A stretch of 10,002 bases of DNA from Octopus sinensis (taxonomy: Eukaryota), in the NCBI RefSeq assembly GCF_006345805.1, contig NW_021827748.1:1-10002 (forward strand). Reading direction: 5' to 3'. The notes under the pieces were generated by a model. It made no database searches. It had not been told where the DNA came from and saw nothing but the letters and a program-made list of their open reading frames with translations. Both the position numbers and the translations under genes were made by a program. This document shows positions 8,249 through 10,002 of the stretch, in pieces. Every line of letters begins with the position of its first letter. Positions within the stretch are counted from its first letter, which is position 1.

Positions 8249-9081
8249 GATGGCCGTCCACTCGACTGACCGAGGAAGACCATTGCCGACCTTCAGGAAC
8301 ATTGTGCGCTCTAGGACTAACTTATATTTTGCATTTGCGTTCCGTTGGTGGGGATAATGAGCCTGCTCTTGACAAGCATACACGACTGCAAACATTGCAG
8401 ACCAAGCTTTCCCCATTCACTATACGAGCCGTGCGCTTTCGCGCAGCTCGCTTAAGTTCTTCATGCTGGATACGTGCTCTCTCAAAAGTGTCAATCCCCT
8501 CCTTAACCTGCTTCCTCCATATGTGGCGATGACAGGCATTATTCTCCCAGTCAGTGTCCTGCATATCAAAGGCCTTTAACGAGGACTTGACACAGTCCTT
8601 AAATCGCAGCCTTGTTTCTGCCGGAGTCTCCTTTCATTCACAAGTTCTCCATAGAGCATCTGCTTAGGAATCCTTCTATCCTCCATTCAAATAAGGTGTC
8701 CAGTCCAACGCAACCGGTGCTTGTGTACCATCGCCTCAATACTCAAGATATCAGCTGTCCTCAGGATCTGTGTGTCTGGAATTTTTGAGGTCCAGCCAAC
8801 ATTGAGAATGTGTCTGACACATCTCTGATGAAAACGTCCAAGGACCCTTACCTGACGTTTGTACAGAGTCCATGTCTCACATGAGTAGAGAAGCGATGTC
8901 AGTACACAAGCACGGTACACAGCAACTTTTGTTCTCCTTGCGATGACATGTTGGGACCAGACACGAGACTGAAGAGACCGGAAGGAATTAGTTGCTCTCT
9001 GCAACCTGAAAGATATTTCCTCATCCAGGGAGCAAGAACGGCTGAGTGTGCTGCCCAGGTAGACAAACTTGTCTACTACCT

Positions 9082-9300
9082 ATTTCTTTACTACCCACAA
9101 GGGGCTAAACACAGAGAGGACAGACAAGGAGATTAAGTCGATTACATCGACCCCAGTGCGTAACTGGTACTTAATTTATCGACCCCGAAAGGATGAAAGG
9201 CAAAGTCGACCTCGGCGGAATTTGAACTCAGAACGTAACGACAGACGAAATACGGCTACGCATTTCGTCCGGCGTGCTAACGTTTCTGCCAGCTCGCCGC
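9082..9300 (-). mobile_element. Young, apparently full-length tRNA-type SINE (219 bp) with 14-bp TSD
   Basis: Flanked by identical cttgtctactacct at 9068-9081 and 9301-9314, splitting the RTE codons VVDK|FVYLG. It has A- and B-box-like motifs and the core gaggtcgactttgcctttcatcctttcggggtcgataaa. Confidence 0.96.
9217..9291 (-). promoter_or_regulatory. Pol III internal promoter of the SINE (A-box and B-box-like)
   Basis: A-box-like TGGCAGAAACG (9281-9291) and B-box-like GTTCAAATTCC (9217-9227) on the minus strand. Confidence 0.75.
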
Positions 9301-9860
9301 CTTGTCTACTACCTTCAGAATTGTTCCTTCAACCAAGATAGCTGGTTCTATATATGGATTTCCTGGTGCAGGCTGGAACATTACAACAGTCTTGTCCAGG
9401 CTAATAAAGGAGGTCACGAATAATAGACTGGGACACCTTTGAATTGGCAGCAAATCAGCGAAGATTAAAGAGGCGGCCAGAAGAAAACCAACACCAGCAT
9501 CTCTGCGCTCCTCCTTCTGCCTCCCTTTCCCAAAAAAAAAGGTGTATCGGCCTCCTACTTCCTCAAGCTGACCATCACCTTCTATACGAGTCTCTGAGAG
9601 TGCAGCTATATCAATTTTATAACGGTTCAGCTCACGAGCAACAAGTGCAGTGCGTCTTTCAGGCCTGCAATCACTCTTGTTGTCCAACAGAGTACACACA
9701 TTCCAACATGAAATGTTTAAGTTCTGTCCAGATTTTATAGATAAAAGACTCTTTGTTTTTCGAGCGCATGGTGGACATCCGTCAGTCGCGCTAAACTGAC
9801 CAGATATGGAAAGACAGGCAATTTTTGGTTCACCTTTTCTAGAACCTCCCCGTTCTAGAA

Positions 9861-9915
9861 ACGAAATTCTGCTAAGCATTTCGCCCGGCGTGCTTACGTT
9901 TCTGCCAGCTCACCG
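9861..9915 (-). mobile_element. SINE head fragment (5' ~55 bp only)
   Basis: cggtgagctggcagaaacgtaagcacgccgggcgaaatgcttagcagaatttcgt closely matches the first ~55 nt of the 9082-9300 copy, then homology stops. Confidence 0.88.
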
Positions 9916-10002
9916 ACTTTCAAAATTCCAAAATTGTCACGCAATTGAGAATAAGACAATTTGATTGTCAAGGGACAAAAGGACGGCTGCGAACGCGCGG
10001 GC

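Larger units (their letters stand above)
8134..9850 (-). mobile_element. RTE-clade LINE, internally deleted, interrupted by a SINE
   Basis: APE endonuclease N-terminus (WNVCTL..RRTALVARELNRYKIDIAALSETR..YTFF..AGVGF), RT pieces (GRLFNLR..IIRDLLY; ISLDKTVVMFQP..VVDKFVYLGS; VYRACVLTSLLYSCETW; RLRWTGHL*MEDRRIPKQMLYGEL), the C-terminal CxxCxRxC motif (CNVCSRVC) and a tandem-repeat tail. The 5' boundary is approximate. Confidence 0.95.

Noticed and set aside
6056-8416. ORFs rich in VC, HT, poly-E/K/R, poly-L/S/F and YVCM repeats
   Set aside because: These are translations of (TG), (CA), (GAA) and (CATA) microsatellites, which lack stop codons in some frames.
9082-9300. tRNA gene
   Set aside because: It has A and B boxes but no cloverleaf. 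It continues into a SINE core and tail, has TSDs and is multi-copy in the window.
9450-9467. IFADL in ORF 9277..9879 read as the RT catalytic motif
   Set aside because: The true RT frame here is GRLFNLR. FAD is a coincidence in the shifted frame, and the real ADD was deleted at ~9405.
9939-9950. acgcaattga, matching the start of the Y motif at 4524 and 5713
   Set aside because: Only 10 bp match and the similarity does not extend.

Overview
This is AT-rich, microsatellite-rich eukaryotic DNA made almost entirely of decayed and nested transposable elements. The SINE family is one I recognise from Octopus genomes, so the source is probably an octopus (inference). I found no intact host gene, RNA gene or CRISPR array. 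Layout: (1) a 5'-truncated CR1-group LINE RT fragment (1-900, -) abuts the C-terminal PIF1-helicase remnant of a Helitron, whose hairpin+CTAG 3' end probably lies at 2221-2248. (2) A degraded Tc1/mariner left end (DD37D/maT-like) starts at 3395 and is followed by an unexplained ~110-bp triplication. (3) An unclassified ~350-bp repeat (4524-5816) has a 566-bp internally deleted mariner inserted in its second copy. (4) Microsatellite fields span about 6180-7970. (5) An RTE LINE (8134 to ~9850, -) has two internal deletions that remove the RT core, one excising the catalytic ADD. It ends in an (ATGT)n tail and carries a young SINE with a 14-bp TSD. Five or six copies of one tRNA-type SINE family of different ages are scattered through the window. 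I cannot support a novel biological system here. The best leads are the frame-preserving RT-less RTE derivative, the repeat-laden Helitron 3' arm and the unclassified TIR-like repeat.
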